Virus record (IMG/VR): IMGVR_UViG_3300021364_000001 | Location: 32,001-96,000 of that record | DNA: 64,000 bases | Direction: 5' to 3' (one strand) | Source of the DNA: a virus | Part shown: in pieces, positions 54,011 to 63,561 of the stretch | Layout: each line of letters starts with the position of its first letter | Position numbering within the stretch: position 1 is the stretch's first letter | Program-made: the position numbers and the translations under genes | Notes under the pieces: generated by a model | Told to the model about the DNA's origin: nothing | Databases searched by the model: none | The model's input: the letters and a program-made list of their open reading frames with translations, nothing else

Positions 54011-56294
54011 TACATGCGTCGCAGTCTGCTTCGCTTCCTGAATCAATATCAGCAAGCAACGCTTGGAGTTGCTCCTCTACATTGTCTTCATCCTTCTTGT
54101 TGTCGTATGTGTTCTGATAATAAGAAGTCTTCCAACCATACTTGTATGTAGTCAGGAAGTCCTGTGCCATAACCGAGACTGGGATCTCATTGTTGGGGAA
54201 CTGAGTCGGGTTGTAAGACCAGTTACCAGAGATCGCTTGGTCAAAGAACTTTTGCATAACAGCAACGATCTTAATGTATCCTTCGTTAGAAGGCATGTCC
54301 CAGAGTAAGGTGTAGTTGTTCTTCAATGTGTTGTATTGCGGAACAATCTGTTTAAGAGGTCCCTTCTTGGACTTCTTAATGGACAGGAAGTCACGGGGTG
54401 GTTCGATTCCGTTGGTTGCATTTGACACAACGGAACTGCTCTCCGATGGCATCTGTGCAGACAGAGTGCTGTGTCGCAGTCCGTGCTTCTGGATAGATAC
54501 CCGTAGAGAATCCCAATCATACTGATACTCAGGTGCTACGATTTCATCTACCTCCTTCTTATATGTATCGATGGGGAGGATTCCATCATGATACTTAGTA
54601 CGTGCGAAACCATCACATGGTCCCTTCTCGATAGCAATCTGGTTGGATGCTTTCAGAAGATTGTACTGGAATGATTCTGTCAGTTTGTGTACTTCCTGCC
54701 AGGCACTGGGATCTTCATACTTAAAACCTTTCTTGGCAAGGTAGTGTGCCAAACCGATGAAACCGATGCCTAGGGAGCGACGAGAGAGGGTGCTACGACG
54801 TGCTGCGTTGACGGGGTAGTCTTGGTAGTCGATGAGTTCTTCCAGACCACGAACAGCAAGGTCAGCAAGGTCTTCCATCTCATCCAGACTCTTCAACTTA
54901 CCAACGTTGATAGCAGACAGGATGCACAGAGCAATCTCACCTGCCTCTTCATCGATGTGATTGATAGGATCGGTAGGAAGAGTGATCTCCTGACACAGGT
55001 TGGACATGTTCACCTTATCCTTGAAGGACGAGTGTGAGTTACAGTGGTCGATGTTCATCAGGTAGATACGACCAGTCTCAGATCTCTCTTTCAGAAGGTC
55101 GAGGATAAGTGCTTGGGCATTGACGGTTGTTCTAGGGATTCGATCGTCTGATTCGTAATTAATGTACATCCAATCAAAGCGATCAGTCCCGAAAGCGTCG
55201 TAAAGGCCAGGGACATCATGAGGACTGAAAAGTGAAATCTCTCCGTTTGAGATGAAACGCTCATAGAATAGTTTTGAAATCTGGATTGAGTAGTCGAGTT
55301 TTCTAACACGGTTGTCCTCCGTTCCTTTATTGTTTTTAAGGACGATGATGTCCTCTATTTCTTGGTGCCAGATTGGGAAGTGGACAGTCGCGCTTCCACC
55401 TCGTATGCCATTTTGAGTGCAGCATCTGACAGTGCTCTCAAACTTTTTGAGGAATGGTACAACACCTGTGTGTTGAACCTCGCCGCCCCTGATCTTACTG
55501 TTGATGCCACGGATTCGACCTGCGTTGATGCCGATTCCTGCGCGTTGAGCAACATAATAACCGATAGCCATGTCAGAACTAAAAATGCTATCGAGGGTGT
55601 CATCAACATCAACAAGCACACAGCTCGCAAATTGTCGAAGTGGAGTTCTAACCCCCGCCATGATAGGTGTGGGAATGTTGATCTTGTGTCTGCTGATTGC
55701 GTCGTAGTATCGTCGGACATATTCGATCCTGGTGTCGTGGGGATACTGTGCGAACAGAGTGGCAGCGATCAACATGTACATGAACTGTGGGGTCTCATAG
55801 ACTTGCCCACTGCTTCTGTCCTGTACCAGATATTTATCTGTGACCTGTCTCAGTCCAGCATATGTAAACAGAAAGTCACGATCGTGATCGATGTAACCAT
55901 CCAGTTCTTCCCACTCTTCCTTAGAGTAATAGTTCAGGAGATCATCATCGTACACACCCCACTCAACACCACGGATCACCTGATCATATACAGACGGATG
56001 GTTGTCAGGGTGGTCCCAGTACACAGACTTCCTCAGCGAGAAGAGGAGCAGACGTGCAGCAACGAACTGATAGTTAGGAGCATCAAGAGTAATCAGATCA
56101 TTAGCAGAACGAATCAAGATCTCTTGAATATCAGATGTAGCAATACCATCAAAGAATTGCAGGTTAGCATTCATCTCAACCTGACTTTCAGACACACCAG
56201 CAAGGTCCTTGCAAGCGTGCTCTACCATTACATGAATCTTATCGAGAGTAAGTTCTTCAACTGTGCCGTCTCTCTTTACAACCGTGGTGCTCAT
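54003..56294 (-). CDS. nrdA: Ribonucleotide reductase class Ia alpha subunit (ATP cone; no intein or intron seen)
   Basis: VVKRDG cone, FASCVL, SNLCQEI, MPSESSS, C-terminal CDAC. Confidence 0.98.
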   Translation of the reverse strand: MSTTVVKRDGTVEELTLDKIHVMVEHACKDLAGVSESQVEMNANLQFFDGIATSDIQEILIRSANDLITLDAPNYQFVAARLLLFSLRKSVYWDHPDNHPSVYDQVIRGVEWGVYDDDLLNYYSKEEWEELDGYIDHDRDFLFTYAGLRQVTDKYLVQDRSSGQVYETPQFMYMLIAATLFAQYPHDTRIEYVRRYYDAISRHKINIPTPIMAGVRTPLRQFASCVLVDVDDTLDSIFSSDMAIGYYVAQRAGIGINAGRIRGINSKIRGGEVQHTGVVPFLKKFESTVRCCTQNGIRGGSATVHFPIWHQEIEDIIVLKNNKGTEDNRVRKLDYSIQISKLFYERFISNGEISLFSPHDVPGLYDAFGTDRFDWMYINYESDDRIPRTTVNAQALILDLLKERSETGRIYLMNIDHCNSHSSFKDKVNMSNLCQEITLPTDPINHIDEEAGEIALCILSAINVGKLKSLDEMEDLADLAVRGLEELIDYQDYPVNAARRSTLSRRSLGIGFIGLAHYLAKKGFKYEDPSAWQEVHKLTESFQYNLLKASNQIAIEKGPCDGFARTKYHDGILPIDTYKKEVDEIVAPEYQYDWDSLRVSIQKHGLRHSTLSAQMPSESSSVVSNATNGIEPPRDFLSIKKSKKGPLKQIVPQYNTLKNNYTLLWDMPSNEGYIKIVAVMQKFFDQAISGNWSYNPTQFPNNEIPVSVMAQDFLTTYKYGWKTSYYQNTYDNKKDEDNVEEQLQALLADIDSGSEADCDACNV

Positions 56295-57280
56295 ACTTGT
56301 TTCCAGTCTGTGAATTTTAGTTTGGCTTCTAAACCAGAGTAGGTGTTGTGTTTAATTATATCAGAAGGATTTAATCCTGCCAACACCATGTCATTGATGT
56401 CCTTTTGTTTTACTTCCCTTGGCCAGATAACCACCTTCTCCTTGCTTCCGATGGCAGCGTCAATCCGCTGCACGATCTGTCTATTACGCGGTTCGTTGTC
56501 GAAGACCCAGACCCTATCCTTATAAGGAAGAGTGCGGTGGTCAACATCGCTACCACACATAGCAACAGCATTGGTAATGAAAGCACTGTCGAAGGGTCCT
56601 TCTGTGACATAAACTGTTTCCTCAGGATTAATGTAGTCACATCCGAATAGTTTCAGATGATCGTCAAAGATGATAGTTACATATCGAAGATTCGACTTTG
56701 GTGCCAGAGAGCGACCCTGGCATCCAAACCAAGTACCATCCTCGCGAAGGAGAGGGATAATAATTCTAGGTCGATCGTTCTGTAAGTTCTCAAAGGTCTG
56801 CTTCTGGGTGTTGACCCACCTCTTGAATTTATCGACATAGAAAAACCTACCGAGTTGGTCCTCAGGTATCTGTCTGTCGATCAGGTATTGCTTGGCGGGA
56901 TGTCCATTATTTAGGTCATTGATACATGTAAGACCTGATACATCCTTCTTGGCAAAGTGTGGTTTACTGTCAGGGATCACTGGGTTAGCAGTAACTGTAC
57001 CTTTACCAGTCCTACCCTGACGATACTTCTCCATCTGGTACTCAGAGTACGTGTTGGGGTCAATATCTTTCAGGAAGTTAGGCAGCGTTCTACCCATGCC
57101 ACAGTTGTGACACTTGTAGACATAGCGACCCTTCATTTCAAAAAAGTATCCTCGTGCCTTGTTCTTATGCTTCTGTGAGTCGCCACAGTATGGACAACGG
57201 AAGTTGTAGAGTCCGTTCTTGACCTTCTTAAACTTTTCTAGTCTCCACGACAAGCGGGAGATGTACATCTCGTCCAGCAT
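56291..57280 (-). CDS. gp61: DNA primase gp61
   Basis: CPYCGD...CHNC zinc finger; TEGPFDS and FDNEPRN TOPRIM; KDIND. Confidence 0.95.
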   Translation of the reverse strand: MLDEMYISRLSWRLEKFKKVKNGLYNFRCPYCGDSQKHKNKARGYFFEMKGRYVYKCHNCGMGRTLPNFLKDIDPNTYSEYQMEKYRQGRTGKGTVTANPVIPDSKPHFAKKDVSGLTCINDLNNGHPAKQYLIDRQIPEDQLGRFFYVDKFKRWVNTQKQTFENLQNDRPRIIIPLLREDGTWFGCQGRSLAPKSNLRYVTIIFDDHLKLFGCDYINPEETVYVTEGPFDSAFITNAVAMCGSDVDHRTLPYKDRVWVFDNEPRNRQIVQRIDAAIGSKEKVVIWPREVKQKDINDMVLAGLNPSDIIKHNTYSGLEAKLKFTDWKQV

Positions 57281-57689
57281 GACCAAGCACTCCACTGCCT
57301 GTCATGGTAGCAGGGGATGCCATCTTTGTCCAGATGGGTACTGCCACCTGTGCGATCGTCACAACGGTCGCAAGCACAGCAGTGGCACCAATAACAAACT
57401 TAGTATTCCTTTCTACTTTCTTCTCTAACTCTCTGAACTTACCAGCCATGGACTCAAACATACGATCATCATACTTCTGATGATCCTCAATCATTCTTAT
57501 AATGGTCATGTTGGTACGTTCACCTTCGTCCAATCTGTTCTCATGTCTTTCAAGAACGATGGCAATCTTATTACTGTTGTCAGAGATAGTTGTAACGGCA
57601 CGCTCTAACTTATCCAGCATCTCTTTGGACAAGTCTTCGTAGATCTGGAACTTAGATTCCAGTACATCTAGTTTTCCTAACCCAAACAT
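57228..57689 (-). CDS. Coiled-coil protein with C-terminal TM helix (XhlA/holin-like architecture)
   Basis: Heptad-rich body; FVIGATAVLATVVTIAQVAVPIW. Confidence 0.55.
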   Translation of the reverse strand: MFGLGKLDVLESKFQIYEDLSKEMLDKLERAVTTISDNSNKIAIVLERHENRLDEGERTNMTIIRMIEDHQKYDDRMFESMAGKFRELEKKVERNTKFVIGATAVLATVVTIAQVAVPIWTKMASPATMTGSGVLGHAGRDVHLPLVVETRKV

Positions 57690-57690
57690 C

Positions 57691-58071
57691 TTACTGTGCC
57701 TGCAATGCCTGTTGTCTCTTATCCCAATAAAATTTTATGACTTGGTTAGGATACAATCTAGTAACCTTAAACTTCTTCGCCACCTCTGGGCGATACATCT
57801 TTCTCAGTTCAATCTTTACTTGTGCCTCAGACTTTCCGTAGAGAATGAAGTCTTGGGCATCGTCGTACTGTACTCGGAAGGGAAGATAGTTAGCGGGAGC
57901 ATGTTCTTGCAACTCCTCAGTCTTCAACATCTCACCAACAGACTTTTCAAAGCGACGCTTCTTTGGTTTCTTTCTAGTCAGACGTGTGATACCAGGCGGT
58001 TCATGAGACGGCGGGAGGGCAGTCTCAGCACCAGTACCAACTGAATTAGTAGGAGCGTCTTCGTTGATCAC
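57691..58071 (-). CDS. Hypothetical protein, possible internal head protein
   Basis: MINEDAPTNSVG N-terminus. Confidence 0.6.
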   Translation of the reverse strand: MINEDAPTNSVGTGAETALPPSHEPPGITRLTRKKPKKRRFEKSVGEMLKTEELQEHAPANYLPFRVQYDDAQDFILYGKSEAQVKIELRKMYRPEVAKKFKVTRLYPNQVIKFYWDKRQQALQAQ

Positions 58072-58433
58072 AATTTGTCCAAAGTATCTTGTATTAGTTT
58101 GTCAGTAGGAACCATGTCTAGGGTCCCACCGTCTGAATAACGGTTCAGATAGATCACAAAGGTCTTCAAAGATGACCAATACTCTCGTTCCAACTTGTAC
58201 ATCAGCAGAGGGAGAGTGCCCTCGCCAAATACATTGAAGAGAACAATCAAGTGATTCAATATAAGATTGGTTCTGAGAACCCCAGAACTGTGATAGCGTT
58301 TCAGTAATCGTTTGAGATACTTAAACTTCTTCATGTCTTCCATGAAGTCGTCCACTGTCACAGACTGGGGGTTCTCGTAATGCTTGATGGCAAACATCAA
58401 GTGGTTATGTTCGTTCAGTTCATCAAATCTCAT
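58068..58433 (-). CDS. Conserved T4-like hypothetical protein
   Basis: FAIKHYENP...EDMKKFKYLKRLL..Y...LILNHLIVLFNVFG. Confidence 0.7.
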   Translation of the reverse strand: MRFDELNEHNHLMFAIKHYENPQSVTVDDFMEDMKKFKYLKRLLKRYHSSGVLRTNLILNHLIVLFNVFGEGTLPLLMYKLEREYWSSLKTFVIYLNRYSDGGTLDMVPTDKLIQDTLDKL

Positions 58434-58451
58434 AATATAGTAACGTCAAGA

Positions 58452-59078
58452 TCAGGTGCCGAAGGTCAGAGTTGCAGCGCCGTCACTGATGACTTCTTCT
58501 GTACCACCCGCTGAGGTAATCTTGACGCGATACTTGTAGCCATCGAGAGAATCATCAGCGAGACCACTGTAAGCAAGAGTTGCGGTCGTGAAGTCTGCAT
58601 AAGTGATACCTGCATCAGTGTCAGCGGCGATGTCAACCCAACGGACAGTAGCAGATGCGGTTTGGCGCTGCCACTGATAGGAGAGAGCACCAGGGGTTCC
58701 AGTTGTGCTAGTGGTGAGGGTGAATGTACCAGCACCAGAAGCGGATGTAGAAGCAGCGGGTTGTGCGTCGATGACGACTGCCGATGCTACATCTGCTGCG
58801 ATGGTGTCGTCGCTCAGAGTCTCGTCTGCGTTTGCCTCAGGGTTACTGAGAACCATCAGGTGCTCTGCCTTATGGCGTGTGCGACCATTGTGATCAGTGT
58901 ACGTTCTGTACGCCCACCAACCAGGAGCAGTAATACCGCGAGACTTGTTCTCGTCCAGTCCTGCCTCGGTGGCGTCTACGAAAACGATCGTCTCGGTAGC
59001 GGATCCAGATCCGTTACCACGGGTTCTGCTAACTGCTGTTTGATTTGTAGTTGAGTCTACTCTCCCGTAAAGAGACAT
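58452..59078 (-). CDS. Ig-like domain virion surface protein
   Basis: LSYQWQ...ATLAYSG...DGYKYRVKIT Ig pattern; late promoter at 59110-59117. Confidence 0.7.
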   Translation of the reverse strand: MSLYGRVDSTTNQTAVSRTRGNGSGSATETIVFVDATEAGLDENKSRGITAPGWWAYRTYTDHNGRTRHKAEHLMVLSNPEANADETLSDDTIAADVASAVVIDAQPAASTSASGAGTFTLTTSTTGTPGALSYQWQRQTASATVRWVDIAADTDAGITYADFTTATLAYSGLADDSLDGYKYRVKITSAGGTEEVISDGAATLTFGT

Positions 59079-59117
59079 GTGTGCTTACTCCAATTCGGTT
59101 CCTATTACTTATTTATA

Positions 59118-59146
59118 AAAAAGAAGAGACCGAACTGGTCGGTCTC
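59118..59146 (-). terminator. Intrinsic terminator followed by a late promoter
   Basis: GAGACCGA-CCAGT-TCGGTCTC-TTCTTTTT. Confidence 0.75.
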
Positions 59147-59152
59147 AGTGCA

Positions 59153-59353
59153 TCAACCCTCTCGAACTTCGAGAGCCTGTTTGACTTTCTCAAACAATTC
59201 ATCATCAGCGGTTGTCTTAGTGAGTTTAACTGCCTTGCCTACGATCAGAAGGCAGAGGTCGATGAGTTTCTCACCGAGTTCTGCATCATCAGGAATCTTA
59301 GCGACAGCAGCATCTACAACTTTATATGCCAGAGGCAGAAGAAAAGATACCAT
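59153..59353 (-). CDS. Small helical hypothetical protein
   Basis: 66 aa, ...KTTADDELFEKVKQAL. Confidence 0.65.
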   Translation of the reverse strand: MVSFLLPLAYKVVDAAVAKIPDDAELGEKLIDLCLLIVGKAVKLTKTTADDELFEKVKQALEVREG

Positions 59354-59386
59354 GACCTTATAGAATAGACTATATTCTATATAGGC

Positions 59387-59785
59387 TTACTTGTACCCTT
59401 TTCTCTTGCGGTCGTGATCGATCGTCATCTGCATCATCTTTTGCTTCATACGCTCCTTTGACTTCTCCTTTGCTTTGGAGTCATCTGCCTTAGGGGCGGT
59501 GCCGCAAGATGCTTCGGCAACTGCTTCGGTCTCTTCCTTGCGAACGTCGTCGCCAGGCTCGTACCACTTGCCGTCGCCATCAGAGTCCTGCCAACGCTTT
59601 CCTGCCTTGGCAGCCTTGATATGCTTCTCTTTGGCTTTCTTCTTGGCGGATTCTCGGAGTGCCTCCACCTCAGAACGAATAGATTTTCTTAGAGATTCAG
59701 ACATGAGATCCTCTTTCTTTGGGTTAATGATGACGTTTCCTTTTTTCTTTGTGGTCGTCACCTCTTTGTTTTGATCAGGTTTCAT
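59387..59785 (-). CDS. Charged hypothetical protein, possible internal head protein
   Basis: K/E-rich; WQDSDGDGKWYEPG motif. Confidence 0.6.
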   Translation of the reverse strand: MKPDQNKEVTTTKKKGNVIINPKKEDLMSESLRKSIRSEVEALRESAKKKAKEKHIKAAKAGKRWQDSDGDGKWYEPGDDVRKEETEAVAEASCGTAPKADDSKAKEKSKERMKQKMMQMTIDHDRKRKGYK

Positions 59786-61296
59786 TCGTTGATTCCTAAT
59801 TCTGCTCGCCAGTTATATGTAGGTTCCTCGCTCATGCGACGTGCAACGTTGCGAGCACCACGGGATACTGCACGAGCAGCACCACCGACAACCTTCTTAA
59901 TACCTGACTTAATTCTATCGCGCAGTCGTACACGATTCTCGTTGCCACCACCAGAGGAGGAGGACGACGAGGAGTCACCAGGAGACTGAGACTTGGAGAC
60001 AGAGGAACCACCAGCAGGCTTGCTGTCGCCGCCAGATCCACTTGCACCACGCTCGTATCCCTTCTTGAAGTTGCTGACACCTGCCTTAGCAGCACGACCA
60101 GCAGCACCAGCAGCATACCCTGCTGCCTTAGCAGCACCAGCACCTGCCTTCTTCAAACCAGACTTGACGGCAGATCCAGCAGACTTCAATGCTGCCTTCA
60201 TCTTCTCGCCACGGCTGCTGCTAGAAGAAGAACCACTACCAAGGCGACTACGTGCCTCGGCACCAGCGTCCTTACCTGCGGTCTGACCTTCGCCAGATGC
60301 AGCAGAGGTCTTGTTCTTCAAACGAGCGGCATTGACCTTAGCAGGACTGGTGACCTCAGTCAACAGTTCCACATCATCGATCATGTCCAGTGCTTCGGTG
60401 AGATACTCACCATCCAGTTCCATCAGTGCCTCAACACAGATGTCATGGAGTTCTTCAAAGGAGAAAGAATCGAATGCTTCATCAGAGATAACATCTTCGA
60501 TGAATGCTTCAAACTCTTCCTTCTTCAAATTCGCTTTGCGGTATGCAAGATCTGCTTTGGTGCCTTTGTCCATCTTACCTTGGGACTTGGGCTTAGTCTT
60601 GCCACCTTCGTCAGGTTGGGAACCAGGGTTTGCTGCCTTAACTCTACGACCATGGGTGTACTCAGCACCACTCATCTTAGAGTCGCCAGAGATCATCTTT
60701 CCACCTTGGGAGCGATCATCCTTGTACTCAGCAGAAGACTGACCGTGCTTACCTTTGTAGCGTTCGTCAATCTGCTCCTCTTCCTTGACACAGTTAGGCA
60801 CTTCCTTGCCACCTTTCATCTTGGTGCCTTGTGCCTTGTAACCTGCCCAGCATGTCTTAGCGCCCACGTTCTTACGTGCTTGCTTCATACCCTCGTGGAG
60901 TTCGTCGATGTCAACGTGCTCACGTTGCATGTTGAGACCGATGTCCTCGGGTGCCTTGGCAGTCTTTTCCCCTTTCTTGCCTACAACCGAATAACGACCG
61001 TCTGCTTTCTTGCCAGTGATGACCATAGACTGACCACCCTGAGAAATCACACGACCGATGTTACGATCATCTTTGAACTTCTGCTTGTTCTTAGAGATCA
61101 GATCTTTCTCAATCGGGAACCCAGCATAACCTTCAACGACTTCCTCATGGGAGTCGATGATGTCTGCTACTGTCAGGACTGCCTCATGCATTCTGGCAGT
61201 AGGTGCCTTCTTGCATTCGTATACACAGTCGAGAATAGTTCTTTGCTCTGCCTCAGAAAACCCAAGCAGGGCGGCAGATACCTTGATATCGAGCAT
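59782..61296 (-). CDS. Low-complexity modular protein, probable internal head protein
   Basis: Alternating acidic and K/G/A/S-rich blocks; CWAGYK...VPNCVKEE module. Confidence 0.6.
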   Translation of the reverse strand: MLDIKVSAALLGFSEAEQRTILDCVYECKKAPTARMHEAVLTVADIIDSHEEVVEGYAGFPIEKDLISKNKQKFKDDRNIGRVISQGGQSMVITGKKADGRYSVVGKKGEKTAKAPEDIGLNMQREHVDIDELHEGMKQARKNVGAKTCWAGYKAQGTKMKGGKEVPNCVKEEEQIDERYKGKHGQSSAEYKDDRSQGGKMISGDSKMSGAEYTHGRRVKAANPGSQPDEGGKTKPKSQGKMDKGTKADLAYRKANLKKEEFEAFIEDVISDEAFDSFSFEELHDICVEALMELDGEYLTEALDMIDDVELLTEVTSPAKVNAARLKNKTSAASGEGQTAGKDAGAEARSRLGSGSSSSSSRGEKMKAALKSAGSAVKSGLKKAGAGAAKAAGYAAGAAGRAAKAGVSNFKKGYERGASGSGGDSKPAGGSSVSKSQSPGDSSSSSSSGGGNENRVRLRDRIKSGIKKVVGGAARAVSRGARNVARRMSEEPTYNWRAELGINE

Positions 61297-61318
61297 TGAT
61301 CTAGGGAAAAGTATAGTA

Positions 61319-62368
61319 TTATTTATTCTTGATAGACTTTTGGTTCTTAGTGAACTCACTGAACTTCTTAATTTCCTGTCCAGGAGTCATGTTTTGAACC
61401 GCCATTCTATATGTATCGGTGCCGACTTTCCAGTCATTACCACTGCCATCGTCAGCAGAATAATTGCTTTGGTTGTTTGGGTCGCGTACCTCGGTCACAT
61501 GCTGCAACCATGCACGGTGCTCACCGCCGAGACCATCTTCCATGATGATGTAATTAGGACCACGGTGTACGATCTTACCGAGCATACCGCTGTCATCATG
61601 CTCTACGATAGCACCCACCTTAAAGATGTGTTCAAGCATGTAGTAGTCGCGGAAAGATTCGAGATCTAGTTTAGGAGCATAGTCCCAGACAGACTCTGCA
61701 ACTGCCTTCTCCTTCTTCTTGGCAGGTTTCTTCTCTGCTTTCTTCGGCGGGACCATACCGTCCAGCACATGCTGCATCAACTCTTTGGACCTTTTGTATC
61801 CACCAGTTCCTGCATGAAAGGAGTCGTGGTCACCCCCTTGGGCATGGGCTCGCATCTTGGAAGCAGACAAGGTTTCGATAGGATCATCACTATCGTCATT
61901 TCGAGCACCAGCAGACTTAATGTTAATTGACTTGAAGTCATAGTGCTTACCATTATACTTCTGGGTCAACTTCTCAAACTCTTTCACACGGTCATCACCA
62001 ACTACCATGGTGACGTGCTCATGTCCCTCATCATGGAGGTCACGGAGAATGTCGAAGATGTTTCTATGCGCCTCGGAGTTCTGGATAGCATCCTTATGCT
62101 GCTTGAACATACCACGCATGTGTTCAATCTTCTGCTCGGGATGCAGAGGATTCTTCTTGTGGTCCTGAGATCTAGAAGGGTAGATACGATAGTTGCCAGA
62201 GTCACCAGCGTGTGCCTTCACAGCATCAAGTAACTTCCCATGTCCAGCATGAGGAGGATTGAATCTGCCGAAAGTGATGGCAACATGCTTGTCAATTACT
62301 TCATTCTTTTTTGAAGTTGCTTTCTTGGCAGCCTGTGCTGCTTCGATAATGAACTGACGAAATCTCAT
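61319..62368 (-). CDS. HxGH-family nucleotidyltransferase (cytidylyltransferase/NMNAT-like)
   Basis: FGRFNPPHAGH, VVGDDR, LSASKMR. Confidence 0.88.
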   Translation of the reverse strand: MRFRQFIIEAAQAAKKATSKKNEVIDKHVAITFGRFNPPHAGHGKLLDAVKAHAGDSGNYRIYPSRSQDHKKNPLHPEQKIEHMRGMFKQHKDAIQNSEAHRNIFDILRDLHDEGHEHVTMVVGDDRVKEFEKLTQKYNGKHYDFKSINIKSAGARNDDSDDPIETLSASKMRAHAQGGDHDSFHAGTGGYKRSKELMQHVLDGMVPPKKAEKKPAKKKEKAVAESVWDYAPKLDLESFRDYYMLEHIFKVGAIVEHDDSGMLGKIVHRGPNYIIMEDGLGGEHRAWLQHVTEVRDPNNQSNYSADDGSGNDWKVGTDTYRMAVQNMTPGQEIKKFSEFTKNQKSIKNK

Positions 62369-63561
62369 TTGCCCCAATCTTTTGCTACGGTGAAGTTTGC
62401 ACGAGAGAATTCAAGTCTATCAACAAGTTTGACAGCAGTGCCATCCTTGATTGCCACAAATCCTTCTGGACTAGTGACCTTGTATCCGTTCTCATCTTCT
62501 AGGAATGTGCCAACCCCCTCAATCTTTTTGAGACGGTTGATGATCTGTTCTTTCGCGGTGATAAGATTCTTGAATCCTGCCAGCGCACGATATATCTCAG
62601 ACTTATTATTATTTAGGTAATCAATCGCTTCCTGTTTCTTAATCTGCCACTTCTCTTTTGCCTTGGGTGTCTTCACACCTGCTTCTTTCATGGCATAACG
62701 AGACTCAACAAACAGTTTGAACTCAACTAGCATTTGCTGAGTAGAGGTGGGGATCTTTCCTTCCTTGATCTTCTGATTGAAGAAGATCTTAAACAGAGCA
62801 GCAGGTTCCATACCCGTCAGTCTGCCACCGATCTGGTTCAAGAAATTGCGAGACGCCCTGAGGTTCTGCTTAGCGACACGCATACTGTTATTGATCTTGC
62901 TCATCTCAGAAGGACTGAGGTTTGCGATGCCATTGGTGTTCTGGAACTCGGCAGAGAATACTGCCACATCAGAAACACCTTGAAGATTACGAACGTTAGC
63001 ACCAAAAGATGCCGCCATCTGAGCAAGTGTGGGTCCATTGTATGTTGTGTGGAAGACGATACCAACCTTAGACTTACCTACCTTAGCACCCATCTCAGTC
63101 GCTTTCTCAACACAGTAAGTAATCGTATTAGGTTTGAACTTATAGCACTGCTTACCACCCATGACAGTCAGAGGAGGAGTGTCTGTGTAGAGCAGGTCCC
63201 CTTGCAGCACACCAGTGATAGGAAGTTTAGACAGGTAGTCATAGGCAGCGATCAACTTAGGATGCACACCTGTACCACCGTACCACATGTCAATCTCTTC
63301 ATGTGAATAGCAGACCTTGGGTTCGGTCTTGGCGAACACAGATTTAGTACCGACAAAGAACATGTCAGTCTCAGGGTCGATACCACAGATGATAGCAGGA
63401 GCACCGTCCCACTTCACTGTCACCTTAGTATTGCCACCACCCTTACCAGTGGTCAGCATACCTTTGAGTCCTTCTAGGAATCCTAGTGCGTTCTCAGCAC
63501 CAGCATAACCGTTGTTGAAGATGTCATCTTCCAGGTGTTCGAGGTGAGTATTCTTGCTCAT
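62365..63561 (-). CDS. Uncharacterised protein with ligase-type nucleotidyltransferase motifs (DUF6267-like)
   Basis: VKWDGAP, FFVGTKS, VLQGDLLY, PEGFVA, AVKLVDR. Confidence 0.6.
   Translation of the reverse strand: MSKNTHLEHLEDDIFNNGYAGAENALGFLEGLKGMLTTGKGGGNTKVTVKWDGAPAIICGIDPETDMFFVGTKSVFAKTEPKVCYSHEEIDMWYGGTGVHPKLIAAYDYLSKLPITGVLQGDLLYTDTPPLTVMGGKQCYKFKPNTITYCVEKATEMGAKVGKSKVGIVFHTTYNGPTLAQMAASFGANVRNLQGVSDVAVFSAEFQNTNGIANLSPSEMSKINNSMRVAKQNLRASRNFLNQIGGRLTGMEPAALFKIFFNQKIKEGKIPTSTQQMLVEFKLFVESRYAMKEAGVKTPKAKEKWQIKKQEAIDYLNNNKSEIYRALAGFKNLITAKEQIINRLKKIEGVGTFLEDENGYKVTSPEGFVAIKDGTAVKLVDRLEFSRANFTVAKDWGK

Noticed and set aside
52726-56294. Inteins or introns in nrdA/nrdB
   Set aside because: Lengths and motif spacing are normal; no splice motifs seen.
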